A DNA stretch of 64,000 nt, taken from NCBI GenBank assembly GCA_964537975.1, contig CAZIDP010000003.1, positions 74,182-138,181 of the forward strand, in the 5' to 3' direction. Shown here piece after piece: positions 42,800 to 52,712 of the stretch (its first letter is position 1; each line of letters begins with the position of its first letter). The translations under genes and the position numbers were made by a program. The notes below the pieces were generated by a model. It made no database searches. It was not told the DNA's origin and saw only the letters and a program-made list of their open reading frames with translations. The stretch is from an uncultured Nitrospirales bacterium (GTDB taxonomy: Bacteria; Hydrogenedentota; Hydrogenedentia; Hydrogenedentales; SCBR16-9).

Positions 42800-43985
42800 T
42801 AATCCTTACTTGTTACGTGTTGGCTTGCTTATTCGAAAGTAGGTCAATTTTTGCCCATTTCAAAACTGGCTATCAAGTTCTTTCATCCAGGGCTTATCCC
42901 AATTTGTACAACATATTGGGCAGTGTGGGAAATCACATCTTAATCATTTCAATTCAGGTTAACCTTCAAAAAGTGTGGGATATAACACCTGCCCAATAAT
43001 TATTCTGAATACGTGTATTCCGAGATTCTCATGAATCCTGTTACTCATCATTCAAGATACATTTCTACGCACAAATTCTTGTGAGCTGGGTATCATCAAA
43101 CCATTCCAACCTTAGCAAAATTCTGCCAGTACACGGTCCTCAATTACATCAACCTCTGGATTGTGATGTCTATGGTTGAAGATATGATCATCGATTTGAG
43201 ACCGATACCAGGCAATGAGATGAGCTGTATGAGCATTGGCCTTTGGCATCAGGCTGCATCAACTTTCTCCTCACAAATGTGTATCCATCCTTTCCTTTTT
43301 TTGAACCCTATTTTGTGTAAAAGAATACCGTTACATAAAACATACAGTGGCGGACAAGCTATAAAATGGGGGATGAATTTTATTACATGTTTCATTTTGA
43401 AACCATAAATGAAAACAACTCCTTGAGATAGCAACAAGTTTCATTTTATTTGCTATTACACTCCCCTCAATTTTCCCTACACATTTCTACAGAATTTTGT
43501 CCAAAATAAGACACTTAAAATTATTTTTTTCTTAGTGTTTCATAAATAAACATTCAAGGTGATATAGATTTTTTTATTGTTTTCTTCAAAATGAAACATA
43601 AGATTTCGTACTGAAAATCTTAGGTAACTGAAATGTATCATGATGAATATAAGATTCGTATATTATTGTAATAAAAGAAGTTATGCGTAATTATTCATAT
43701 TATAAGTTAGGTATATATTTGAATTTGTAAATTTCAAAAAAGGAATGAGCAAAAAAATGTCAAGGGCTATTTTGTATGTGTTTCATTATGGTATATTATG
43801 TTGTCACTCATAATCGCCGCTGGGCATTATGAGGCTGATTGAAAAATAACATAATATATATTATCAGACGTTAAGTTGATTATTGAAACAATTGCTAGTT
43901 TTGCTTTTGTGCTCTCTTTTAGAACATGAAGACACAATAATTCTTGAATGCTACCCTACTATGAGCGCATGGACCATGAATCAGC

Positions 43986-44324
43986 TCAAGATTTTGGGTC
44001 TGGGAATGGAATGATGGCGGGTTTTTCTGGCGTGAATTCGACCAGCAAGGACTGTAATTTGGAATGCATTTTATCCAGGCTGATCATTATTTCGCGTGTA
44101 TCCTGGTCTCGTTCATGGTTTGATTGATACAATGCGGCAGCCATGTAAAAAGCTGTTAGTTGAAAGAAATACAATGTGTCAATGCGTGAGGCATTGTTTT
44201 CAACTTCGATAAGTTTCTTGGTGATTTGTGCTGCGATCTTTTCCGTGGTAGCCGGGTCCTGGATGACTGGTACGCGAACCACTGACTGTCCCAGCGTGAC
44301 TTGCATCCAGGTATCAGAGTTCAT
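43986..44324 (-). CDS. zapA: Cell division protein ZapA-like
   Basis: 112 aa. The pattern VTLGQSVVRVPV...IAAQITKKLIEVEN...LTAFYMAAALYQ matches the ZapA fold pattern. Its position downstream of pheT matches the pheST-zapA synteny known in Firmicutes. Confidence 0.5.
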   Translation of the reverse strand: MNSDTWMQVTLGQSVVRVPVIQDPATTEKIAAQITKKLIEVENNASRIDTLYFFQLTAFYMAAALYQSNHERDQDTREIMISLDKMHSKLQSLLVEFTPEKPAIIPFPDPKS

Positions 44325-44608
44325 TGTCGCAAGCTTTCACCCAGGACCTTGGTGTGTGTCAAGATAAACTCCAGACGCTCCCTAAGGTCATTCTGTATTG
44401 CTCGGAATCGAGCATTCTCCTCATAAACAGAAGTCATGGCATCTGCTTGTTCACGTAAAATATTAAGCTCTTTTTCTTGTGACCAATGCTCTTTGCGCAA
44501 TTGATCATGTTGTTTTTTAAACTGTAAATTTTGCTCCTTGTGATGATGCATAACCTCCCCTATTGAATCAATCGTACCATCAAGTTGAATCAAGAGATTT
44601 TTCAACAT
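44321..44608 (-). CDS. Coiled-coil protein, ZapB-like
   Basis: ~95 aa all-helical protein rich in Q/E/K/L heptads. The start was trimmed to the internal Met to avoid overlap with pheT. Confidence 0.35.
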   Translation of the reverse strand: MLKNLLIQLDGTIDSIGEVMHHHKEQNLQFKKQHDQLRKEHWSQEKELNILREQADAMTSVYEENARFRAIQNDLRERLEFILTHTKVLGESLRQ

Positions 44609-44613
44609 GGAGT

Positions 44614-47010
44614 TCAACGTAGTTCTGCTCCGCATTCTTTTTGCAATGTTTTGAGAATCTTATCCCAGGACTTCTGGGTATCATTATCTGTTAGCGTACG
44701 ATCCATAGCCTGAAAAGTCAAACCGATGGCGATGCTTTTCTTGCCTTCAGCTACAGGCTTGCCTCGATACACATCAAATATTTCAACTTGGTGTAGTAAA
44801 TTACCACCAGCTATTTTCGTATAATTCATTATATCATTGGCTGTGATGTGCTCTTCAACAATGATTGCCATATCTCGAAGAGAAGCTGGAAACGCCGAGA
44901 TTTCTTTAAATTGTGGCACTGCTTGAGGAATGTTCAGGAGCATGGTCAAGTCCAGTTCAGCCATATAGGTTTCACGACCAATATCGTAATTTCTTCGTAC
45001 ATGTTTGTTAACTTGACCAATATGTCCCAAAGTTTGCTCACCAATTTTTAACGTTGCTGAAACACCTTGCTGGAACGGTTCAAAAGTGCTATTGACATAA
45101 TTAACTTCAACTGCAAAGAAGTCCGTAATGGCTTCAACACATCCTTTTAAATCATAAAAATCAACATTTTCTGTTGTTTTGCTCCAATGGTTGGGTTTGC
45201 GCTGACCAGACAATGCGATAGATAGGCGTAATGGTTCGTTGGGAAGCAATTCCCCTGGAATCGGATAATACACCGGACCCAGTTCAAAAACAGCAACAGA
45301 AGTTGCCCCTTTGTTGAGGTTACGTGCTACGTTATTCAGCAATGCTGGAATTATTGATGTTCTCATTCCTGCTTGTTTTTCCGATAAAGGATTTTCCAAC
45401 ATGACCATGTCCAGATAATTGCCGACAAGGCCAGCATTCTGAATATCCTCAGCGCAACTGAATGTCCAGTGATATACTTCGGTGAGTCCTTTATCAACCA
45501 GAAAATGTTTTAATGCCCAGATAACCTGTTCCTGTGGTGCAAAGCATTGGTTGGTTGGTCGCACTCGCGGTAAGGTCATTGGGATGTTGTCAAAACTAAA
45601 AAAACGACCAACCTCTTCTATAAGGTCCGCTTCCAGAGTTACATCGTATCTCCAGGACGGTACTTTAAAGACTGCATTTTCTTCAGTTTCCGATACCAAT
45701 TCAAATCCAAGATTAATCAATATCTGTATCTGTTGCTGTGAGGGAATTTCAACACCCAAGACTTTATTCGTACGCGTGTACCGTAATCCTACACCATGCC
45801 CACCAAGAGGTGTCGGATAGGAATCGAATACACCCGTGCAAACTTTTGCTTCTGCCAGTTGTTGCATCAACATGGCAGCGCGGTTGAGTGCGTACGCTGC
45901 CATAACAGGGTCTGCACCCCGCTGGAAGCGTTGCGATGACTCGGTTATCAGACCCAATTTACGGGAAGTTTTCCGGATGGATTGTGGTTTAAAAACGGCA
46001 CTCTCAAGGAATATTTGCGTGGTATTATCCCCCACTTCGCTGGTTGAGCCTCCCATTACCCCAGCAACACATTGTGGTGATTTCCCATCGGCGATCACCA
46101 AGATGTCTTCATCCAGTTCCCGGTTTACATCATCGAGTGTGGTAATCGGTTCCTTGGATTTGGCGCACCGTACTACGATACGATTTTCAGCTAGCAGTTT
46201 GTGATCAAAAGCATGGAGTGGTTGGCCGGTTTCCAGCAGGACATAGTTTGTGATGTCGACAATATTGTTAATTGGGCGTTGTCCTGCGGCCAGCAAGCGT
46301 CGGCATAGCCAATCTGGTGAAGGTGCAACTTTTACATTTGTCAGTACCCGACCCAGATACCGTGGGCACAAATCGGTGTCTTGTACCGTTAATGCACACA
46401 AAGATTCAATAGGGGTATCACATTCCTCCACGGTCACCGCTGGAATCTTCAATTCACTCCCTTGCAATGCAGCCAATTCACGGGCAACCCCGATCATGCT
46501 TGCCCAGTCTCCCCTGTTCGGCGTGATTTCAATTTCGAAGATGGTATCATTGAGTCCCAGTATCGGTTTAATATCAGCACCAACAGGCAGATCTGGAGGT
46601 AAAATCAATAAGCCTGCGTGGTCTTCCCCCAATCCCAGCTCTTTTGCGGAACACATCATGCCTTGAGACTCTAAACCACGCATTTTCCTTCTGGTGATAG
46701 TAAAATTACCTGGTAATGTGGCACCTACCACTGCGGTGGGTACCTTGTCCCCCACGTTCATATTTTTGGCGCCGCAGACAATTTGTAATGGTTCAGAATC
46801 ATTCACCCGGGTTTTGCATACAACCAATTTGTCTGCGTCCGGGTGGGGTTCTATTGATTCTATTTGACCTACAAAAATGCTGGATATTTCTTTACCCGGT
46901 TGTATGATGGATTCGATTTCCAAACCGAGCATGGTAAGTTGATGTGCCAGCTCTTCAACAGTGTAATTAACATCAACATATTCTTTTAACCAATTAAGGG
47001 AAACTCGCAT
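44614..47010 (-). CDS. pheT: Phenylalanine--tRNA ligase beta subunit
   Basis: 798 aa with an N-terminal tRNA-binding domain (MRVSLNWLKEYVD), plus B3/4, B5 and FDX-ACB domains. Confidence 0.95.
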   Translation of the reverse strand: MRVSLNWLKEYVDVNYTVEELAHQLTMLGLEIESIIQPGKEISSIFVGQIESIEPHPDADKLVVCKTRVNDSEPLQIVCGAKNMNVGDKVPTAVVGATLPGNFTITRRKMRGLESQGMMCSAKELGLGEDHAGLLILPPDLPVGADIKPILGLNDTIFEIEITPNRGDWASMIGVARELAALQGSELKIPAVTVEECDTPIESLCALTVQDTDLCPRYLGRVLTNVKVAPSPDWLCRRLLAAGQRPINNIVDITNYVLLETGQPLHAFDHKLLAENRIVVRCAKSKEPITTLDDVNRELDEDILVIADGKSPQCVAGVMGGSTSEVGDNTTQIFLESAVFKPQSIRKTSRKLGLITESSQRFQRGADPVMAAYALNRAAMLMQQLAEAKVCTGVFDSYPTPLGGHGVGLRYTRTNKVLGVEIPSQQQIQILINLGFELVSETEENAVFKVPSWRYDVTLEADLIEEVGRFFSFDNIPMTLPRVRPTNQCFAPQEQVIWALKHFLVDKGLTEVYHWTFSCAEDIQNAGLVGNYLDMVMLENPLSEKQAGMRTSIIPALLNNVARNLNKGATSVAVFELGPVYYPIPGELLPNEPLRLSIALSGQRKPNHWSKTTENVDFYDLKGCVEAITDFFAVEVNYVNSTFEPFQQGVSATLKIGEQTLGHIGQVNKHVRRNYDIGRETYMAELDLTMLLNIPQAVPQFKEISAFPASLRDMAIIVEEHITANDIMNYTKIAGGNLLHQVEIFDVYRGKPVAEGKKSIAIGLTFQAMDRTLTDNDTQKSWDKILKTLQKECGAELR

Positions 47011-48044
47011 TAGAATTGCTCCAAAAATCTCAGATCATTTTCAAATAAATGGGCGATACCGTTAATAGCGTGGCGTTGCACCGCCAGGCGGTCCAATCCC
47101 ATTCCAAAGGCAAACCCGGTATACTTTTCTGTATCATATCCAGCATATTCAAAAACACGCGGATGTACCATACCGCATCCGAGTAATTCAACCCAGCCAC
47201 TGTGTTTGCATACACGACATCCCTGACCGCCACAAACCGAACACGAAATATCCATTTCGGCTGATGGTTCGGTGAAAGGAAAAAAGTGTGGCCTGAATCG
47301 CACCTTGGTATCAGCACCAAAAAACGCATGTACAAAGTGTAACAAGGTTCCCTTAAGGTCTCCGAAAGTGACATCTTCATCAACCAGCAGGCCTTCCAGT
47401 TGGTTGAACATCGGACTGTGACTGGCATCGTTGTCAACACGATAGGTACGGCCTGGTACAATGACAGCGACCGGCGGCTGGGTGCGTTCCATAACACGCA
47501 TTTGTACAGGAGAAGTGTGGGTGCGAAGTACAACGCCGGGCTTGACAAAAAATGTGTCATGAGAATCGCGTGCCGGATGATCCGGTGGCGTATTCAAGCT
47601 ATCAAAGTTATAATATTCAGTTTCAACGTCCGGGCCAGTAGCGACTTGAAATCCGAGTGACTGAAAAATTCTGATTATATCCTCTGTCACCTGACTGATC
47701 GGGTGCAAATGACCTTTTGATGGACAACGTCCAGGCAATGTGATATCCAGTGCGCTGACTTCAGATTGTCGATTCTCTTCCAATGCTTCCAGAACGTTCT
47801 TGCGGTCTTCCAGAACTTCAGCGATAGCCAGTTTAACTTCATTTGCCAATTGGCCCAGTATGGGGCGTTCCTCTGGTGACACCTGACCAAGGCCACGGAG
47901 TATTTCGGTGACTTTTCCCTTGCGCCCCAGGAACTTAACACGAGCATGATCTAATGATTGTAAATCTTGCAGTGTATTTATTTCATATAGCGCTTCATTG
48001 CGTAATAATTCCAATTCAGCTTTCATTCGTTCCTCATCATACAC
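47010..48044 (-). CDS. pheS: Phenylalanine--tRNA ligase alpha subunit
   Basis: 344 aa with class II aaRS motifs (FRPHFFPFTEPS, GFAFGMGLDRLAV). Confidence 0.95.
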   Translation of the reverse strand: MYDEERMKAELELLRNEALYEINTLQDLQSLDHARVKFLGRKGKVTEILRGLGQVSPEERPILGQLANEVKLAIAEVLEDRKNVLEALEENRQSEVSALDITLPGRCPSKGHLHPISQVTEDIIRIFQSLGFQVATGPDVETEYYNFDSLNTPPDHPARDSHDTFFVKPGVVLRTHTSPVQMRVMERTQPPVAVIVPGRTYRVDNDASHSPMFNQLEGLLVDEDVTFGDLKGTLLHFVHAFFGADTKVRFRPHFFPFTEPSAEMDISCSVCGGQGCRVCKHSGWVELLGCGMVHPRVFEYAGYDTEKYTGFAFGMGLDRLAVQRHAINGIAHLFENDLRFLEQF

Positions 48045-48108
48045 CGTTGCATATTAAAGCAGTTCTTTGTTGCTACAAAATGATTATAATCTATATAACT
48101 AAGTACAG

Positions 48109-48780
48109 TTATGCGTATAACGCACGCCCAATACGTACTTCAGTCGCACCTTCCTCTATCGCTATCTCAAAATCATCCGTCATTCCCATCGAACGTATTG
48201 GTAATCCCAAGTCGTCCGCACATATTCGTAACTCACTGAATACCTGACGTAAAACAATTTGTTCAGCTCCATATGGCGCCATAGTCATCAAACCGCATAC
48301 CTTGAGTCGATCCAGTTTACGTATGTCGTTAAAGATGGTGTCCAGTTCTACCGGGGTAAAGCCCTGTTTTGTTGATTCACCAGAAATATTCAGTTCCAGC
48401 AGAATATCAATACTTATATCTGCTTCGTCACATTGACGCTGCAAGCTTTCAGCAGCTTTATATCGTTCGATTGAATCAATACGCTTAAATAAAGATATAG
48501 CCTTACGGATTTTTCGGCGTTGTAATGGACCAATCATGTGCCAGACAACCGATGTATCATTTAAGGTTTGAATTTTATCCGCAGCTATTTCGATACGATT
48601 CTCGGCGAAATGTGTGACTCCTAAATTGCGCAATATGCGAATCTCTTCGATGCTCACTTCCTTGGTCACAGCAATCAGGCGAACACCGGGCAATGTATGT
48701 TCTGAGCGTTTTTGTGCAGCAGAAATACGTTGGTTGATATTGTCAAGATTCTTCTTTATGTGTTCTGAATTGGCGAACAT
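48109..48780 (-). CDS. yggS: YggS-family pyridoxal-phosphate homeostasis protein
   Basis: The Ala-racemase-N fold is present (RLIAVTKEVSIEEI...HFAENRIE...). The track ORF (start 48873) runs through an upstream intrinsic terminator, so the start is placed at internal Met 48780. Confidence 0.8.
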   Translation of the reverse strand: MFANSEHIKKNLDNINQRISAAQKRSEHTLPGVRLIAVTKEVSIEEIRILRNLGVTHFAENRIEIAADKIQTLNDTSVVWHMIGPLQRRKIRKAISLFKRIDSIERYKAAESLQRQCDEADISIDILLELNISGESTKQGFTPVELDTIFNDIRKLDRLKVCGLMTMAPYGAEQIVLRQVFSELRICADDLGLPIRSMGMTDDFEIAIEEGATEVRIGRALYA

Positions 48781-48821
48781 GTCCGTATTAATCAAGGTCG
48801 CAAATATACTGGTATGGTATT

Positions 48822-48856
48822 GGAAAGAAAGACGCCCTCTTCCCGCCAGGACGTCT
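48822..48856 (-). terminator. Rho-independent terminator after the TPR-protein gene
   Basis: On the minus-strand RNA, GACGUCCUGGCGGGAAGAGGGCGUC forms a stem-loop followed by UUUCUUUCC. Confidence 0.45.
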
Positions 48857-48918
48857 TTCACATAATGTTTCAATCAGATATTTGAAAATGATAATGATTG
48901 ATCTCAGCTAAAAAATAT

Positions 48919-50352
48919 TCAAGAAGTTGCCGTGTTGTTAGGTGGTTTACCCATACAGTCATCACCATCCATTTGACGTAATTCCCATTTTTGCTCAGAA
49001 AGAGATCGGGGAATGTCGTGGTCTTGTTTGATACGGATAATCATCTCCGAAGCTTCTTCAAAGAAGTCTGCGCTTTCCCACCGTGCGTGGTCTAACATGG
49101 CAATAGCTTCTAATGGGCGGTTCTGCTCTACCAGGTTCAAGGCATCCATCCGCAGTTTACGTCCCAGTGCGAATGGGTCATCGATTTCATCCCATATTTC
49201 ACGTGACAACTGGAAGTTCTCTTCAGCCGTTTTGCGATGCTCTTCAGCAACAGACGGGTCCGTTGCTTCCTGGGCTAGCTTCAAGGCTTCCTCAGCACGT
49301 TGTTCATATATCATGCCAGTATTGCGTTGGATAAATCGCGGCGCGACTTCCTGGGCGGTGGTTTGCTCTGGAAAGCGTCTCTGGTATTCTATCCATCCGG
49401 CACGCGCCTCGGCATATTGCCCGTTACGTTCTAATGCGATATTTAATTGACGAGGTACCCAGACATCGTGTGGTTGACGTACTGCTTCAGACAAGTAGCG
49501 AACCGCATTAGCGTAATCGCTCAATTTATTGCTGTATATGGTGTACCCTAAATCAAAATATAACTTGTAATTTCGCGGATTATTGCGAATTCCATCTTTC
49601 AGAAAATCGGCACCAATATAGTAATACTGCTCTTTCTCGCCGACACAAGCCGCATACTGTGGATCCCATTCTTTTAAATGTTCTGGTGTATCCATCATCT
49701 TGGCGGTGATATTATAGGCAAGATGCCAGGCACCTACCAGATAGGCATCGACAAATTGCGGGTCCAGCGTGACGCAAGTCCGCATAAGCGGAATCATGCG
49801 GTGAACCATGCCCTGATGCCAATATCGATCTACCTGTAACCAGATAAAGTTGGCTGCTACCTGTCGGAAACCCAAAAATAAATTCATCAGGTTAACTTCA
49901 CCTGCCAAGGCATCTGCATATACCAAGTTTTGAGCGAATAACAAGTTGCGTTCACGAACATTTTGCACAAAATCTTCTCGAACATCTTGTAGCATAGCGC
50001 TTTTTGCTACTCGCCAAATAATGTCATTGTTTTCAGCATCACTGGCCAGTATGCCGATTCGACTGAGTTCACGGCCTTCAAATACCAATTCACTTTGCTC
50101 GATATTGGGTAAATTGATGCGACCGTCAGCATTCGCTGATTCAACACTTGAAATTACCTGTGCATACAATTCCTGATCATTATAATCCGGGTTCCAATTG
50201 TCCAATAATCTTTCATTGGTCGCTGCAGACAGTATCCAGTGATAAAATGCTTGTGCTGTACGGGTATGATGTACTTGTCGCCCCTGAAATACAGCCACCG
50301 ACAAAAGCAGTAACACTATAACAGCAATGGAGAGATTAGGATACTTTTTCAT
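48919..50352 (-). CDS. Tetratricopeptide-repeat protein with signal peptide
   Basis: Multiple TPR-like W/Y/A-rich helical repeats are present. The signal peptide is MKKYPNLSIAVIVLLLLSVAVF. The start was trimmed from the track ORF. Confidence 0.6.
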   Translation of the reverse strand: MKKYPNLSIAVIVLLLLSVAVFQGRQVHHTRTAQAFYHWILSAATNERLLDNWNPDYNDQELYAQVISSVESANADGRINLPNIEQSELVFEGRELSRIGILASDAENNDIIWRVAKSAMLQDVREDFVQNVRERNLLFAQNLVYADALAGEVNLMNLFLGFRQVAANFIWLQVDRYWHQGMVHRMIPLMRTCVTLDPQFVDAYLVGAWHLAYNITAKMMDTPEHLKEWDPQYAACVGEKEQYYYIGADFLKDGIRNNPRNYKLYFDLGYTIYSNKLSDYANAVRYLSEAVRQPHDVWVPRQLNIALERNGQYAEARAGWIEYQRRFPEQTTAQEVAPRFIQRNTGMIYEQRAEEALKLAQEATDPSVAEEHRKTAEENFQLSREIWDEIDDPFALGRKLRMDALNLVEQNRPLEAIAMLDHARWESADFFEEASEMIIRIKQDHDIPRSLSEQKWELRQMDGDDCMGKPPNNTATS

Positions 50353-50360
50353 AGAGTTCC

Positions 50361-51209
50361 CTACAGCTCCTTTCTCCTGAATATCCAAAACGCCAGTGCA
50401 AAACCCACGGCTGCATTGACAACGCCATATATCATGAGTTGTGTAATCAAAACATCAGTGGGAGGATCATTGGGTTGGGAATTCAGGATTTGTGTTTTAA
50501 GACTGAAATTCTGCAAGTTGGGTAATGTTATATAAAGTCCCTGGGCTATATACCCAATAATGTTGTCAATTATTTCACCTGACTGTTGAGAACGTTGACT
50601 TACATCGTTCAGATACTCAGTCAGATTGCCTGTTAAATAGACAAACAAACCGGAAATTGTTGGTAATACAGGTGAAGTCGATGTGCATGAAATGGCAAAT
50701 GTAAATGAAGATACTATCAAAAACTCAAAATAGGTCAGCAGAATCGACCACAACAACAACGTAGGTAATACATTTTGCCGCAAATATAGTGCTATAAAGA
50801 ACAACCCCCCCATCAACAACAGATTGATAATTACAATCAGTTGCACCCCCATGAATTTGCCAAAAAGGTATTGAAGGCGGCTCACTGGCTTCGAAAGCAC
50901 CGTGTAGATAACTTTATTTTCTACCTCATTCGGAACTACTGAGGCCGAGATAAAAATGGTAATCAATATTCCGAAAATAGATATGGTGGTAACACAAATA
51001 TCTTTTACCAGTTTTAGGTCCATATCAACATCAGCATCACCGGTGTAAGTGGCGTCAAGGAAAGTTCCCAGAAAACTTGAACCGAATATAACCAAAAGGC
51101 TCAATATCAGAAAACCTACCAGCGTTTTCTTTCGAATTCCCTCGCGCCACGTGTAAACAGCGATACTCCAAGGACGTAATACAAATTCCATAGCGGATGT
51201 CATGGTCAA
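50361..51209 (-). CDS. ABC-2 family transporter permease
   Basis: 282 aa with 6 TM helices. It is translationally coupled to the upstream ATPase. Confidence 0.65.
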   Translation of the reverse strand: MTMTSAMEFVLRPWSIAVYTWREGIRKKTLVGFLILSLLVIFGSSFLGTFLDATYTGDADVDMDLKLVKDICVTTISIFGILITIFISASVVPNEVENKVIYTVLSKPVSRLQYLFGKFMGVQLIVIINLLLMGGLFFIALYLRQNVLPTLLLWSILLTYFEFLIVSSFTFAISCTSTSPVLPTISGLFVYLTGNLTEYLNDVSQRSQQSGEIIDNIIGYIAQGLYITLPNLQNFSLKTQILNSQPNDPPTDVLITQLMIYGVVNAAVGFALAFWIFRRKEL

Positions 51210-52174
51210 TTTTCACTCCGTTTGCTTTGTGCATCACCAACGACCCGTACGAAGAGGTCTTCCAGGGTTTCTCTGCGTGGAGCCACGCTCAGTAAAGTCA
51301 AGTTTTCTTCTTTCAACATGGCCAATGCGTCATAGGAACTAATGCCTTCATTGACACGTAATCGGACCCTGTCACCAACCTGGTCATCTTTTAACAAGCC
51401 TTTGGTGGCAAGCCGTGAAAGAATTTCATCACTGGCACCAGCAATTTCAATATTCAAATCGCGATCACTCAGCAACTCATTAATCGTGCCCAAAGTCTGT
51501 AACTTGCCTTCATATAAAATTCCAACCCGATCACTGATCAGCTCAACTTCCAGCAATTCATGACTGGAAATTAACAGTGATTTACCCCGGTCTCGTAAGC
51601 GGGCGAGAATGTCACGTATTTCTTTCCTGGCAATGGGGTCAAGCCCGGTTGTCGGTTCATCGAGTATCAGTATTTGTGGGTCGCTGATTAAAGCCTGTGC
51701 CAACCCAATTCTTTGCCGCATTCCTTTGGAATAGCCGCGAAGAAGCCGGTTTCTGGCATGTGTCATCCCAACTTCTTCGATAACTTTGTCCACACGTTGG
51801 CTTAAATCTGCACCACTGAGACCATACAATCGTCCATAAAAATACAAAATTTCTTCACCACGAAGAAAGTCTGGATAATAGGCACCTTCAGGTAGATAAC
51901 CTATTTGCTTTTTGACTTCAGCAGAACTAATATCTTCTCTACCCAAAATTTTCATTTTTCCGGATGTTGGAAATATTAATCCCAGTAATAACTTGATTGT
52001 GGTGGTCTTGCCAGAACCATTGGGACCAAGGTATCCGAATATTTCGCCTTCATTGATGGAAAGGCTGAGGTCCGTCAACGCATGGACATCTTGTCCCTTC
52101 AATGCGCCTTCGTATACCTTCGAAAGTCCTTCCGTTTCAATTACAACAGACACGGGTTTTCGCCTTTCGTACAT
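51206..52174 (-). CDS. ABC transporter ATP-binding protein
   Basis: Walker A is GPNGSGKTTT, the signature is YSKGMRQRIGLAQAL and Walker B is ILILDEPTTGLD. The track ORF is over-extended and the start was placed at MYERRKPVSVVIETEGL. Confidence 0.85.
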   Translation of the reverse strand: MYERRKPVSVVIETEGLSKVYEGALKGQDVHALTDLSLSINEGEIFGYLGPNGSGKTTTIKLLLGLIFPTSGKMKILGREDISSAEVKKQIGYLPEGAYYPDFLRGEEILYFYGRLYGLSGADLSQRVDKVIEEVGMTHARNRLLRGYSKGMRQRIGLAQALISDPQILILDEPTTGLDPIARKEIRDILARLRDRGKSLLISSHELLEVELISDRVGILYEGKLQTLGTINELLSDRDLNIEIAGASDEILSRLATKGLLKDDQVGDRVRLRVNEGISSYDALAMLKEENLTLLSVAPRRETLEDLFVRVVGDAQSKRSEN

Positions 52175-52712
52175 ATGGTGGTTGCCCGGAGACCTGTGAG
52201 TATATACAGGGGTGTTTGTAATAAATACTCGCATGACTTGGTAAAATACGCATTGCAACCGGGCATTTGCAACAGTATTCCAGAAATTGCACTTGCAATA
52301 TCCAAGATTGCGCACGTTATAAATTCATCTTCAGGAACGATAATAACAAAATTGAGGTATTGATGCAACGAAATATTATTTTAAAATAAAAAAATTTGTA
52401 AACTTCGATAAAATAAAATTAATATAACAAAATAATATATATATAGGATATATCTGAATCACCTTCAAATCAAGAGATTATACATGAATTGACAGTTTAC
52501 ATTTTTATGTTTATAATAATAAAGTTGAAAAATATTAGATACAAATATGAATCATTTTCCAAAACAGGTACTTGTCGGGTATAATTGGTATATAAATCTA
52601 TAATTTCAATAATATTGTTGGGATTTTGCGTGATTAACCTACCTTGAGCTGATAAGCTTAATTGATATGGAGTTGTGCCGCATATTGTCATCACAATAAG
52701 TTGACAGCGCCT

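Noticed and set aside
43163-43408. 81-aa ORF and an overlapping 62-aa antisense ORF in the AT-rich gap
   Set aside because: They have low-complexity, Cys/Phe-rich composition typical of AT-rich non-coding DNA, with no RBS or homology signal.
48781-48873. N-terminal 31 codons of the track ORF for yggS
   Set aside because: An intrinsic terminator hairpin with a U-tract for the upstream gene lies inside this extension. The YggS homology starts at the internal Met, so the extension is not coding.
52175-52315. N-terminal 47 codons of the track ORF for the ABC ATPase
   Set aside because: The segment (MRNLGYCKCNFWNTVANARLQCVFYQ...) has no counterpart in ABC ATPases. The conserved N-terminus begins about 10 residues before the YEG motif at the internal Met.
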